Shown in pieces: positions 1 to 10,260 of a stretch of 64,000 nt of DNA. Source of the stretch: Paraphysomonas bandaiensis (Eukaryota > Protista > Chrysophyceae). The notes under the pieces were generated by a model that saw only the letters and a list, made by a program, of their open reading frames with translations, was not told where the DNA came from and made no database searches. The DNA lies in NCBI GenBank assembly GCA_965644295.1, contig CBFFRP010000199.1, positions 527,207-591,206 on the forward strand, read 5' to 3'. Numbering within the stretch: the first letter of the stretch is position 1; every line of letters begins with the position of its first letter. The position numbers and the translations under genes are program-made.

Positions 1-1047
1 ATCACCAGAGTAAGTTTTCGGACAAAGGATGAGGACTCCGTTCGTCCAAATTTCTCGGCCGATATAGCAGTATACTTAAATTGTCCAGCTCGAGGAGGGG
101 AAATATATGTGCTCAAACTAACACACCATGCCAGTCGGATGTTCTGGTCGGAAGGGCTTGTTCATAGGACTGGGTCATCGGTACTGCAGGTTTTCAAGAA
201 GATTTTTGAAGGAGATGTGAAAAGGTACAAATTAGAAATGCATCATTACCATGCAGATGGAGCAGGGGAGCTAATATGTGATGAGCTGCGACAATATCTT
301 AGGTCACAGGGTTGCTATCAACATACGTGGAGCTCTACGGACTCTCCTGAGATGAACGCGATTGAGGAGCGGAAATTCAGGACCTGTGGTGAGATGACAT
401 TAGCGATGCTGATTCAGTCAGGATTGCCTTCACAGTTTTGGCTAGATGCCTACATGGCAGCCAGGTACATATTAATTCGATTGCCTACAAAGACAGCGAA
501 GGGGTATATGTCCCCTCTTGAATTTTTGACTGGTGAGGCTCCCAACCTGAAATATCTCAGAGTATGGGGGTGTCGTGCGTATGTCCTCACTACAAAGGCG
601 GATCGACGGAAAGACTGGGACGACAAGGCCCTTATCGGATATCTGATAGGATATTCAGATGAAAAGGTAGGATATGATGTATATCTACCTGCGACTGATA
701 GGGTCGTCACGTCGGTACATGTATTAACTGATGAGTCCATACCGTCACGCTCGGAGAGCTATTTCGCTGAGATAGATGCTCTTCGAGTGAAGGAGGCCGA
801 GAGACCGAAAATTGTGTCTGACTATGCGGGCTTAGAAGGTACATATCATATTGATGATGAGGATGGTCTTCTCTACAAGACCACGAGAGTAGTAGAACGA
901 AAGGGGGTAATAGTAGCCTATCGATCTCTGGTAACTGCAGGTCGGAAGCATATCGAGCACCGGGTGCCGATTCACGTCGAGGACGTAGTGCGAATGACTG
1001 CAGAAACTCCCGGGAATACCGGATATATAGGAAAGGGGACGCCCTGA
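1..1047 (+). CDS. Copia integrase (DDE core, SH3-like region, extra C-terminal domain); frame open from window start
   Basis: Frame is stop-free from base 1 to TGA 1045-1047. Motifs FSADI, HADGAGE, EERKFRT, WLDAYMAA, LIGYSDEKVGY. Confidence 0.92.
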   Translation: MTRVSFRTKDEDSVRPNFSADIAVYLNCPARGGEIYVLKLTHHASRMFWSEGLVHRTGSSVLQVFKKIFEGDVKRYKLEMHHYHADGAGELICDELRQYLRSQGCYQHTWSSTDSPEMNAIEERKFRTCGEMTLAMLIQSGLPSQFWLDAYMAARYILIRLPTKTAKGYMSPLEFLTGEAPNLKYLRVWGCRAYVLTTKADRRKDWDDKALIGYLIGYSDEKVGYDVYLPATDRVVTSVHVLTDESIPSRSESYFAEIDALRVKEAERPKIVSDYAGLEGTYHIDDEDGLLYKTTRVVERKGVIVAYRSLVTAGRKHIEHRVPIHVEDVVRMTAETPGNTGYIGKGTP

Positions 1048-1052
1048 GTACT

Positions 1053-3014
1053 ATGCCAGCCAGGGTGCTGGACCAGGGAAGACCTGGAGGGTTACAGGAG
1101 AGTCCTGACCCAACCTGTCAGGAGACAGCTGTGAGGTTGCAGACCTCTGAAGACTATGAGTCTGGGGTTGTGAGCGGGGCTCCTCCCACAACGCACGATG
1201 TGCGTGCTCAGGATGAGCAAGGTACGGGTTCTTATATACCTCGTCGACCGATTGAACTAGATGGTGATGGTCGGGTCCGACGCAAACGGCTGCAGCGGAG
1301 ACTGGCAAACGCGTCAGTTTTAGGAGAGATTAATATGGTTGAAGTACCGGATGCGCATAATATTGATCTTAACCATGCAGAGACAGAAGATATCAAGATA
1401 CCAAATTCATATGCCGAGGCAGAGAGATCTCCACAGTATCAACAATGGAGAAAAGCTCGAATGGTGGAGAAGACATCATTGCTGAAAAGACGTGTCTTGA
1501 AGATCGTGAAAATTCCAAGCGGAGTGAAATTAGTTAGAGCGAAATATGTGCATACGGTGAAGCGAGACATACTAGGGAATATAGTAAAGTACAAGGCTCG
1601 GCTAGTGGCATTAGGAAATCTCCAAGAGAAGAAGGAGGAGGAGCCGTCCACTTTCGCTCCAGTGGTTAAGGGTATAACCATTAGACTAGTGTTAGCGATT
1701 GCGTTTATGTTACAGATGCATGTGCATCAATTAGATGTATCATCCGCATTTTGCTATGCAGATCTGGAGGATGACGTGTATATGGCACCTCCACCAGATG
1801 AGGAATTACTAGCTGGATGGTGTTTTCAACTAATCAAGGCATTGTATGGACTGCGATCTTCACCGCGACAGTGGAATAAACATATTGACAAGTTTATTAA
1901 ATCATTGCATTTTACTCCGTGTATTTTGGATACGTGTTTGTATATGCGATGGAGTAACGGAAAACTGCATTTATTATTGATATATGTTGATGATATCATA
2001 ATTGCATCCGCTGATCTGACTTACTTGGAAAGCGTAAAGCGTAGGTTCTGTGAAACATTCGAGATGCATGATCTGGGAGTGTGTAAGCGATTTCTGAACA
2101 TCAGGATAACCAGAGGAGAAAATTGGTATATGTTAGATCAATCTGAGTATGCTAAGAATATTATCAAGAAATTCAGCTCAGTTATGGGAAAGAGTAGTAA
2201 GAATAAGGAGGCCCCACTACCTACTAATGTTCAGGATCTGTTGGCAGAGGAACGTGAACTTACGGAGGAGCAGAAGCAGTGGGTTGACTCATTTCCGTAT
2301 CGGCAAATTATTGGAGCAGTGTTGTATCTAGCAATGCATACTAGACCTGATCTGGCTTATGCAGTGGGGTTATTGTCTCGATTTAGTAGTTGTCCGACAT
2401 ATGCATCGTGCAAACTGGCGATTCACTTATTGAAATATTTGCGTGGAACAATTGATGAGGGCATCAGATTCAGTGGGAGTGAGTTCGACTTACATGTGTT
2501 CAGTGATTCAGATTGGGCTGGTGATAGACTGACTCGGCGATCGACAACAGGATACATTGTGTTCTTATGTGCAGGCGCATTGGCCTGGCAGTCTAAACTA
2601 CAGACCACAGTTGCAACTTCGAGCATGGAATCTGAATATATGGCGGAGTATGCGGCTATGCAAGAACTGGTGTGGCTTCGGGGGGTGTTCAAGGAGCTCG
2701 GGCTCTTAGTTGCGAAGCCGACTCCATTCTTTATGGATAGCAAGAGTGCGAAAGATCTCTCCGAGAATCCTGTGTATCATAAGAGGTCGAAGCATATAGA
2801 CATCAAGTATCACTGGGTGAGAGAGCATGTAAATGGAAAATTTCCTACGGCAAAGTTGATTCATGTGTCGACGGATGATATGGCGGCTGATATTTTCACG
2901 AAGGCATTGTCAACGAAACTTTTCAGTCGTCATGAGAAAACTATTACCGGGGTTAAGAGAAGTGTGTCAACCAGAGTTGAGGAGCAGCAGAAGAAGCGAC
3001 CCCGAAGAGGTTAA
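1053..3014 (+). CDS. Copia reverse transcriptase-RNase H, in the -1 frame relative to integrase
   Basis: Intact 653-aa ORF with RVT_2 and Ty1-type RNase HI motifs. The frame is open upstream to position 861. Confidence 0.95.
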   Translation: MPARVLDQGRPGGLQESPDPTCQETAVRLQTSEDYESGVVSGAPPTTHDVRAQDEQGTGSYIPRRPIELDGDGRVRRKRLQRRLANASVLGEINMVEVPDAHNIDLNHAETEDIKIPNSYAEAERSPQYQQWRKARMVEKTSLLKRRVLKIVKIPSGVKLVRAKYVHTVKRDILGNIVKYKARLVALGNLQEKKEEEPSTFAPVVKGITIRLVLAIAFMLQMHVHQLDVSSAFCYADLEDDVYMAPPPDEELLAGWCFQLIKALYGLRSSPRQWNKHIDKFIKSLHFTPCILDTCLYMRWSNGKLHLLLIYVDDIIIASADLTYLESVKRRFCETFEMHDLGVCKRFLNIRITRGENWYMLDQSEYAKNIIKKFSSVMGKSSKNKEAPLPTNVQDLLAEERELTEEQKQWVDSFPYRQIIGAVLYLAMHTRPDLAYAVGLLSRFSSCPTYASCKLAIHLLKYLRGTIDEGIRFSGSEFDLHVFSDSDWAGDRLTRRSTTGYIVFLCAGALAWQSKLQTTVATSSMESEYMAEYAAMQELVWLRGVFKELGLLVAKPTPFFMDSKSAKDLSENPVYHKRSKHIDIKYHWVREHVNGKFPTAKLIHVSTDDMAADIFTKALSTKLFSRHEKTITGVKRSVSTRVEEQQKKRPRRG

Positions 3015-3187
3015 AGGTGTGTTTTAGTGGGTGAGAATCCCACATAACTATATATCTAGTTGACTGCTAGTTATATATGTATCTTGATAAGATTTCACAT
3101 CTATTTTACCTATGAGACTAGTTTATAGCATGAAGATCACTGTACTCATTGTTGTTTCGTATCACTGCATTCTACATTGAGTGGGAG

Positions 3188-3480
3188 TATTAGAATATGG
3201 ACTGTATCCTAGTATATTCAATGTGGTACTTGAAGACAATGTACGAGAATACAGTGAAGTATGGTGATGTGTAGATGCTGTTATGATATTGAGAAAACTG
3301 AAATAGTTTGCTCTTTCAAGATATGTTTAGTAGCGAAAGGTCTACAGAAGTAGTGATTTATGCATGGCACAAAACGAGCTTGTGTTGTTTAACACAATTT
3401 GTGTAAACGATATTAATAAATCTATCTAGTCTAACAACTTAATCTCTCTTTGATCTAAGTAAAATGAGCATTTCCCAACA
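3188..3480 (+). repeat. 3' LTR of the Copia element (~293 bp, TATT...CAACA)
   Basis: Begins directly after PPT GAGTGGGAG (3179-3187) and contains AATAAA (3415-3420). Ends in CAACA exactly where homology to the interrupted ribozyme-headed repeat starts (3481). The 5' LTR is not visible for confirmation. Confidence 0.7.
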
Positions 3481-3563
3481 CACGTTAGTTTCTCGGAGAA
3501 ATATTTCCGGTACTTATCTCCCATAACACCGCATAAAACGTGCGAGTCCGACTTTGTTGAGGG
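3481..3563 (-). mobile_element. 5' head (HDV-like ribozyme part) of the ~465-bp retroposon family, cut by the Copia insertion
   Basis: Reverse complement CCCTCAACAAAGTCGGACTCGCAC...AAACTAACGTG aligns with 26769-26850 and 38484-38554. Confidence 0.85.
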
Positions 3564-4264
3564 ATGTAATTACTAGTGATACATACACATGCATGCGTTT
3601 GCTGCAAATTAACGACAAATCTTGATATATGCTAAATTTCACCTAATCTTATAGTTCATTACAGTACACCATCTAGTTCTCATTATTGCTTGCGCATGTA
3701 ACAGAAAAGCAATAACTGTACCCCAATGAATGAACTGATTATTACTCAACAGACCAATAGTACTCCAGCTACACACTCTACTACTCTAGTCTCTAGTACC
3801 AATACTTATTACCTGACACTAGCCGGGAGTCTCTGGAGCTTAAAGCCATTTCTGATACATTATTTCTCTTTTTACCACGACTGAGAGCATTGCTCAGTAA
3901 GTCGAGCATATCCACTACCTCACCTGCATGGTCTTCTTTTTCCATTTCAAACACGGTTTCATGCTGTAAATCAGCACATGAATCAACGACGTACTCGGAC
4001 TGAACTTTCACTGCGCATTTCAAATGCTTTTCTCCCCTCCAATACTAATAGGCATACTGCTTGCTTGCGTCGTCTTCAATAACCTCGAGACATACACTCT
4101 CCGCTTTTCTACAGGTCACGGGAACCCACTTGTCACGCTCATTTTGTCGATAATGAGGCATAAACCTTCACAATAGCTCTCCCGCATAGTGATGAAGCTT
4201 GCAATACGAACTCACAGTTAATAATGGCACGATTCACAGTGTATTCGCTCTCTCAAATTCCTTC

Positions 4265-4424
4265 TGTGGGAATAAGTCGATCCAGCGGAATATGTCGATC
4301 CAGCAAAAAAATCGACCTTTTTTCGTTATTTCTCTGAAATATATTCGTCAAAAAACAGCATGCATCAAAAAAACCTGGATTTTTTTGCTGGATCGACATA
4401 TTCTGCTGGATCTTATATTCCCAC
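4265..4424. mobile_element. Small fold-back element / MITE
   Basis: ~48-bp inverted repeats TGTGGGAATA...GATCCAGCAAAAAAATC and GATTTTTTTGCTGGATC...TATTCCCACA. Each arm has two GATCCAGC motifs. No clear TSD. Confidence 0.75.
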
Positions 4425-5380
4425 ACACAGAATTGTTGCCTTATTGGAATTCCAAGACATCACTATCTAAGTGCGTGGCATTCGCTACTTCAAAATTGAA
4501 GTTGCGGTTTCTGCAGCACGACATCAAGATTTCAGCTGGATGATGGTATCTTGTTCCCTCAAACCATCCCTATCTGCTTCTTGGAGTTCCAAAACGCTGT
4601 TCACATACCAGTGCCTGCCCATACTTCAATGTTCTGTTCGACGTCACACTTTAGTCAGCCGCATTTGCGATTACTACACAATCACAACTTCACTGCAATC
4701 AAGTCAGAGTTATCATCACGACTAAGATTCGTGTCCTCACAGTGAGTGTTGCCTGGAGTGACACTTCTTTATTGGCATGCTCCATTTCTGATTGGCTTCT
4801 GCGGTATATTTTTTTGGACAAGACGATGAAAAACGACGCTTTTGTTCTCGTTAGCGCGAAGGGCATCCCAGTAGAGCTCATAGAACTCCCATCCATACAC
4901 TCGTATCCAGAATATACTCCAGAGCGCAAGTAAAACTCCCTTGCCTGACAATCCTGGAGTTTTACTTGCGCTCTGGAGCTTGAGGAAGATTTTACTCCCT
5001 TGCCTGACGATCCTGCAGAGTGTTCGATCATGGAAGACCGCAGTCCTGATCCCTTCTATCAGACATTGCATGCTCTTACTTGTCCAGATACACTGGATGA
5101 AATGATTCGTTACTAATATTCGCCGCAAGGGAATGGATACTTTAAACGAGCAGCAGCATGTGGCAGCTCGAACAGCCGAACTGGAGACATCACGGTATCA
5201 TGACCAGCTCACTGAAACCAATTCATTTCCGTCGGCTGACTTAACACTGCTTCCTGCATCGTTTGTTTCTACTTATTTAGTAATATTTTTTGCTATCTGT
5301 TCCTTAGTCTTAGTTTGTTTCATTTTTACCATTAACTAACATTCGATACAACGTAACTTTTACTTACATAACCTTTCGAC

Positions 5381-5480
5381 ACTTAGTAACACTTACTTCT
5401 ATTCACACTTAGTAACAACTTAGTAACACTTACTTAGTAACACTTACTTCTATTCACACTTAGTAACAACTTAGTAACAC
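5381..5480. repeat. Tandem repeat, 2 x 49 bp (period 51), built from six ACTTAGTAAC motifs
   Basis: 5381-5429 is identical to 5432-5480. Confidence 0.9.
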
Positions 5481-5893
5481 CATATATATAATATTCATAT
5501 AAATATCTCCTTTATAAGGATATAGTTTTACAAAGTAGTTGCAGCGATAAGCATCTCACTCACAAAGACTATGATAATAGTCACCTTCAGTAGGATAAAA
5601 ACAACACCTGATAAATATTACAATATTACTATAGGCGAAACGGAGAATATATACTTGAAACACATCGATAGTATTATTACCACAAGTGAGATAAATATAT
5701 GTTCCCGTATATATAGCTATAGTAAATGAACACTGATGTGTCATAATATAGCCTATAGTGACAGCACGAAGCATGTTTAATGAGTCATATGCAATGTAAA
5801 TGAAAAACCACAAAAATGAAATAATAAGCGCAGGCGATTTATACGTAACATGAAAGAGAATTCAGTGATAACCAATATATACAAAAAAAAAGA

Positions 5894-6733
5894 TTAAAAC
5901 CCTTCAACGTCAAAGCTGTCTAGATATGTATCTGCCATGTTGTCATCAACACACAAATTATCCATAAGTTCTGCAGAACACGAGACTGTTCTATCAGACC
6001 ATGAATGGCGCCAAAGTGTTACTGGGTGCTTACGCGTTTGAAGGCGCCTTTTGATAGTGTCCCTTAGATCTACGCAGTCTAAAACATTAAGAACAACATC
6101 GAAAGACTCGCGGAACAAAGATCGATAATACAAAAATAGCGCTAGATCAATCACATCGCTCTTAGAACAGTATGATGAGACAAATTGAAGTGTATGACGG
6201 GCCTGAACAGCAGAGAATCTCTTCCCAGCAGCCTCAATATCCACTAGAGTTTCCCAGTCGCAAGAAAGAGCTTGGTTGTCTAGATCAACAAGGGACTCCA
6301 TTATCGTACGGAAGTCAGGCTCAAGTAAACCCTGACACGATAAATTCTTTTGTAATGAAATGGATCTCAAGCTAAGCAAGTCTGCGATATTCTTTCCCGC
6401 AGTCGTCTGCAGTATAATCGGTTCTGTCCCTTCAATCATTTCTGGGTTGAAATATGTTCTAGCAATATCGATTTGAATATCATGAGATGTAAATGTCCAC
6501 GATAGTGCGGATTGCAGTGGTATGTAAATAACATTCACCGATAAGTTGTCAGAAGTAAGTTCAATGTGCTCACTTCTAATACGAAGTTTCATACTTTCAG
6601 GCAGCGCAGTTGAAGCGCATATGGAGTTTACACGAACGAGATTGACTTCAAATACGGATACATCAGTAAGTGTTCCATTAAAATAAGAACTTTTACGTTC
6701 CGCAGAATCCCTCACAGAGATTGCTCCACCCAT
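5894..6733 (-). CDS. Hypothetical protein: possible PH/PTB-like N-terminal domain, DUF4476-like helical C-terminal domain, predicted N-myristoylation
   Basis: 279-aa intronless ORF starting MGGAIS. The beta-rich region ends in LQTTAGKNIADLL, then FSAVQARHTL...DLALFLY...FDVVLNVL. Domain calls are by eye. Confidence 0.65.
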   Translation of the reverse strand: MGGAISVRDSAERKSSYFNGTLTDVSVFEVNLVRVNSICASTALPESMKLRIRSEHIELTSDNLSVNVIYIPLQSALSWTFTSHDIQIDIARTYFNPEMIEGTEPIILQTTAGKNIADLLSLRSISLQKNLSCQGLLEPDFRTIMESLVDLDNQALSCDWETLVDIEAAGKRFSAVQARHTLQFVSSYCSKSDVIDLALFLYYRSLFRESFDVVLNVLDCVDLRDTIKRRLQTRKHPVTLWRHSWSDRTVSCSAELMDNLCVDDNMADTYLDSFDVEGF

Positions 6734-7249
6734 GATGATTATTATTACTCCTGATTACCTAATTATGAACTTATATCTTTGACATTATACCTTGTAAGCG
6801 AGTTCATCTACTACAACTACTAGCAAAGCTCAATGTTGATTAATTGAACCTTCAATACAGACATGTGTATGATTTATAGCTATGGTACGACTATTCTGGT
6901 GAAAAGGGCGCAGTGTTGCTATTCCCCAAAGAGATCGCTATCCTTCAGCAGTGTGATAGTGTGATGTCAGAGTGTTGAGCTGGAAATGCTATGGACGTAA
7001 ATATCCACATACAAATAAAATTTTCAAATGCTGTATTTTACGTATTTTCTACTACAGGACATCCATCTTCATAAATACATAGTATACAGTACTGCATTTT
7101 TATACAGTGCAGTACATCGCCTGTACCATCCTCCTTACAGTATCATCCTCCTTACAGGAAGCAACTTGCTTGAAGAAGTTTCTCAGATTAGTAATCAGTG
7201 CCATGATATCTGCACCTGCTACACCTCTTCGTAATCCGTTGTAAGAATC

Positions 7250-7828
7250 ATGGGGATTTCACCTTCTGGATACGTCATCCAGGACGAGGATTGGAATGAT
7301 ATCACGGAATATCATCGAAATCTATTTAAAATCACTTTAGTTGGAGATAAACAGGTCGGGAAAACTTCACTGCTTGAAAGAGTAATCGGACACGAGATTC
7401 CTGCAGAATATATTCCCACAGTAGGCGTTGATTTTAGAGTACACAGAATAGTTGTGGCATCAACCCCTCCTACAATAATTTCCCTGCAAATATGGGATAC
7501 TACTGGGAACGAAGCTTCTCGATCTATTGTGCAATCTTACACTAGAGGTTATGCAATTATTCTAGTGTTTGATGTTAGTAACAAAAACTCCTTTGACAAT
7601 GTTAAGTCGTGGGCGGAACTGGCAAGTATTGATGGAAACTGTGGGCCGCCGGCAGTTCTTGTGGGCAACAAATGTGACTTGCATGATAACAGAGCTGTGA
7701 CAGTCACGATGGGAGAAGAGATGGCGAGAGAGCTTGGAATTAGACGTTATATTGATGTTAGCGCTAAGGCAAATATTCGGGTGGATGATGCATTTGCAAC
7801 ACTCCTCGCAGACCGCAGCCTGATTTAA
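7250..7828 (+). CDS. Divergent Rab-family small GTPase
   Basis: G1 GDKQVGKTS, G2 PTVGVDF, G3 WDTTGNE, G4 GNKCD, G5 VSAK; Rab-like LQIWD and SYTRG. Confidence 0.93.
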   Translation: MGISPSGYVIQDEDWNDITEYHRNLFKITLVGDKQVGKTSLLERVIGHEIPAEYIPTVGVDFRVHRIVVASTPPTIISLQIWDTTGNEASRSIVQSYTRGYAIILVFDVSNKNSFDNVKSWAELASIDGNCGPPAVLVGNKCDLHDNRAVTVTMGEEMARELGIRRYIDVSAKANIRVDDAFATLLADRSLI

Positions 7829-8255
7829 ATCTAATGTTTGCATTGTTATTTCGTGACTAAAGAGCAAGTGCTTTTTATACCAATAACGCCACAGGTAAGC
7901 TGTATATGTCTAATAAGTGCGCTAGAGAGTGTGACGTATATGAGATAATTTTATTACACATTTAAGGCATTCGCCACATAACCATATATCCACTATAGCA
8001 GCTGTAGTCAATAATTAGGTACAAATGTAAATAATCTGATGGACTCTTTCTGATGTACTGTTGGATCTTGTCAAATGCAGTGGAAATCTGTACTACACGC
8101 TTAGTATAGAGAAACTTATTTAGCGAATATTTAGAATAATTGTGATGACCATAATCACCAGATATTGTCTGAGTCTCTCAGATAATTTTATCATCTAAGG
8201 AAGCAATCACCATGACGATTATTCACCTCCAACTCATTTTGAAGGGATATGTTTT

Positions 8256-8535
8256 GATCTATTATTGGACCTAGTCATTTGGTGTAATTTCTTAGTCATA
8301 CCAAAAATAGTGTGAAAACCTACTAGTCAACGGGTTGAAAATCTGGTCACTAAATAATTCATATTTTCAATCCACAATCTCTCGGTTGACTAAGGTGACT
8401 AGATGTTTATGGAGTTTACCTCTCCATCAATTAATGGAAGCAAATACTGAATTATTTATTACTTTGGCTAGGGTTTTACACCAAAAATAGTATGACTTGG
8501 AAATTCAACCATTTGACGAGGTTGAATAATATATC
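8256..8535. mobile_element. Degenerate fold-back element / MITE (~280 bp)
   Basis: Left arm ATTATTGGACCTAGTCATTTGGTGTAATTTCTTAGTCATAC matches the reverse complement of 8490-8530 (ATTATTCAACCTCGTCAAATGGTTGAATTTCCAAGTCATAC). Further inner matches: GTGTRAAAACC and TAAATAATTCA. Confidence 0.7.
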
Positions 8536-8654
8536 TCATACTGTTCACAAGTTGCAGTCTGACTTCCAATCATCATAAGTATAAGTCATGGGTACATAAT
8601 TTGCGCATTTAGTACAGTAGTACTATTCTCGCACATGTATAACATAATCCAAAG

Positions 8655-9979
8655 CAGGGATAGGGAACAATATATTGTATTGCAATATATTGTACAATAT
8701 ATTGCAATATATTGTAAAATATATTGATTGGTGGACTGGTCAAATATTCCATCAATAGTGTTTCTGTTAATAGAGCTCACAATACTATTGCAATATATTG
8801 CAATCAATATTATGATAGTCATATAAGAGAAGATCCTCAACTGTATGGTGCAAAATATACGCCTCTGTATACAAATATCCGGAAAATAAGAAAAAAAGCC
8901 TATTTTTGATGTTATTTTCTATTTTTTATGTATCGCCAGCTCAAACAGCACTCTACACCTCTCCACATGTATGTACAGTACTTCTCTTAATATAGTATAT
9001 ATATCCTATAGTGACAAGAAGAGACAACTGAATGATGAGTGCATACAAGAGTAGGGACATTTACCGCTGTTTTTGGAGTCCGGTCGAAGGTGTCCCGAAC
9101 AAACACGAGTGTAAAATCTGCGGACGTAAACGACAACAGAATATTCGGAATGGATACAACAATCTAAAGGATCACACTTTCTCTCATGATGTGTGGGAGG
9201 AGACATTGAAGAGGTATTTACGGGCTGTCTGCACCAATGGTCCCATGGATGCTTTTGTTCTGCAGCCTTCAGACTTAATGATCCGAATTTCGAGAATGGA
9301 ATTGCAAAACTCCAAGCAGGCGAAGAATTGGACTTGACAAGATCTGAGAAAGATGCTGTTAGAATATATCTCCGTTCAGACAGTGATTATTGCAACAATA
9401 CAGAGGATGATGAAGCTGAAGTTGGCTATGCGGAAAAAATTCTTCAATCAGCTCAAAAACTTAAGAAGCGAAAAGTTGAAATATCTAAGTACAGGTGCAC
9501 GAGTCATGTAGTATGTACTTCCAATACGTGTGAACGCCTGTTCAGCGCAGCAAAACTGATTATATCAGTGTTGCGCAAACGTATGCATCCTACTACACTT
9601 AATATGCTGTTGTTTCTGAAAGCTAACCGACAGTTGTGGCCGGATGCAAGCATATTTCAATCAATATTGAATGAATATGGTGATGATGATGTCACCGATG
9701 ATGGCTCAGAGGATGAGTATGAGGAAACTTTTAATTAGTTAAGAGTAGTGGGTTTGATTATCAAGTGACCTTAGACCTTATAAAATATGGCAAGTACTAA
9801 AAATGAAAACTACGGATGTGTTTACTTACTGATTAGTCATACTAATATATTGCAATATATTGTACAATATATTGCAATATATTGCAATAGTATTGTAGGG
9901 CCGGTTTAAAAAATCCATCAATACTATTGATGGAACGCTACCTAACAATAGTATTGCAATATATTGTTCCCTATCCCTG
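8655..9979 (+). mobile_element. hAT DNA transposon family A, internally deleted non-autonomous copy (1325 bp)
   Basis: Perfect TIRs CAGGGATAGGGAACAATATATTG and perfect 8-bp TSD ATCCAAAG (8647-8654, 9980-9987). Subterminal ATATTGCAAT repeats. BED finger (ECKICG...NLKDHTFSH) and hAT dimerisation domain (SNTCERLFSAAK...LLFLKAN) lie in different frames; the DDE core is missing. Confidence 0.96.
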
Positions 9980-10260
9980 ATCCAAAGGATATATGGCCAA
10001 TACACAATAACATGTCACATATATATGTTTAGTCTACATCATTTAATATCTAATATCATTAAATTACTAGGCAAGGAAATGATGAATGGTTCTCAATCCA
10101 CACTTTTTATTCAAGAGAGGTAGTTAGTGATTGTTAGACATCGCGGTGGAGTCGCGTTTCTAATGTACTTCATAACTACAGATAAAATTACAACAGATGA
10201 GCTACAACTAATTACATGAACACAATATATCTAACTACAACAAACAGAGTGTTCTAAATT

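Larger units (their letters stand above)
1..3480 (+). mobile_element. Ty1/Copia LTR retrotransposon, 3' half (IN, RT, RNase H, PPT, 3' LTR); 5' part lies outside the window
   Basis: Domain order IN-RT-RH. Copia motifs: YHADGAGEL, AIEERKFRT, LRVWGC, KARLVALG, LDVSSAF, ALYGLR, YVDDII, SDSDWAG, KHIDIKYHWVRE, ADIFTK. A polypurine tract precedes an LTR-like segment. Confidence 0.96.

Noticed and set aside
1045-1055. Stop-codon readthrough or selenocysteine at the integrase TGA
   Set aside because: The RT ORF is in a different frame, so readthrough cannot join them.
3430-3436. TCTAACA as the LTR 3' end (better inverted match to TATTAGA)
   Set aside because: CAACA at 3480 coincides exactly with the break in the flanking SINE, which is stronger evidence. 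Not fully excluded without the 5' LTR.
3790-5340. Short ORFs with coding-like composition, possibly a decayed gene or transposase
   Set aside because: No recognisable motif or consistent frame; cannot be assigned by eye.
5381-5480. Repeated ACTTAGTAAC motifs as a CRISPR array
   Set aside because: No unique spacers, a simple two-unit tandem duplication, eukaryotic context and no cas genes.
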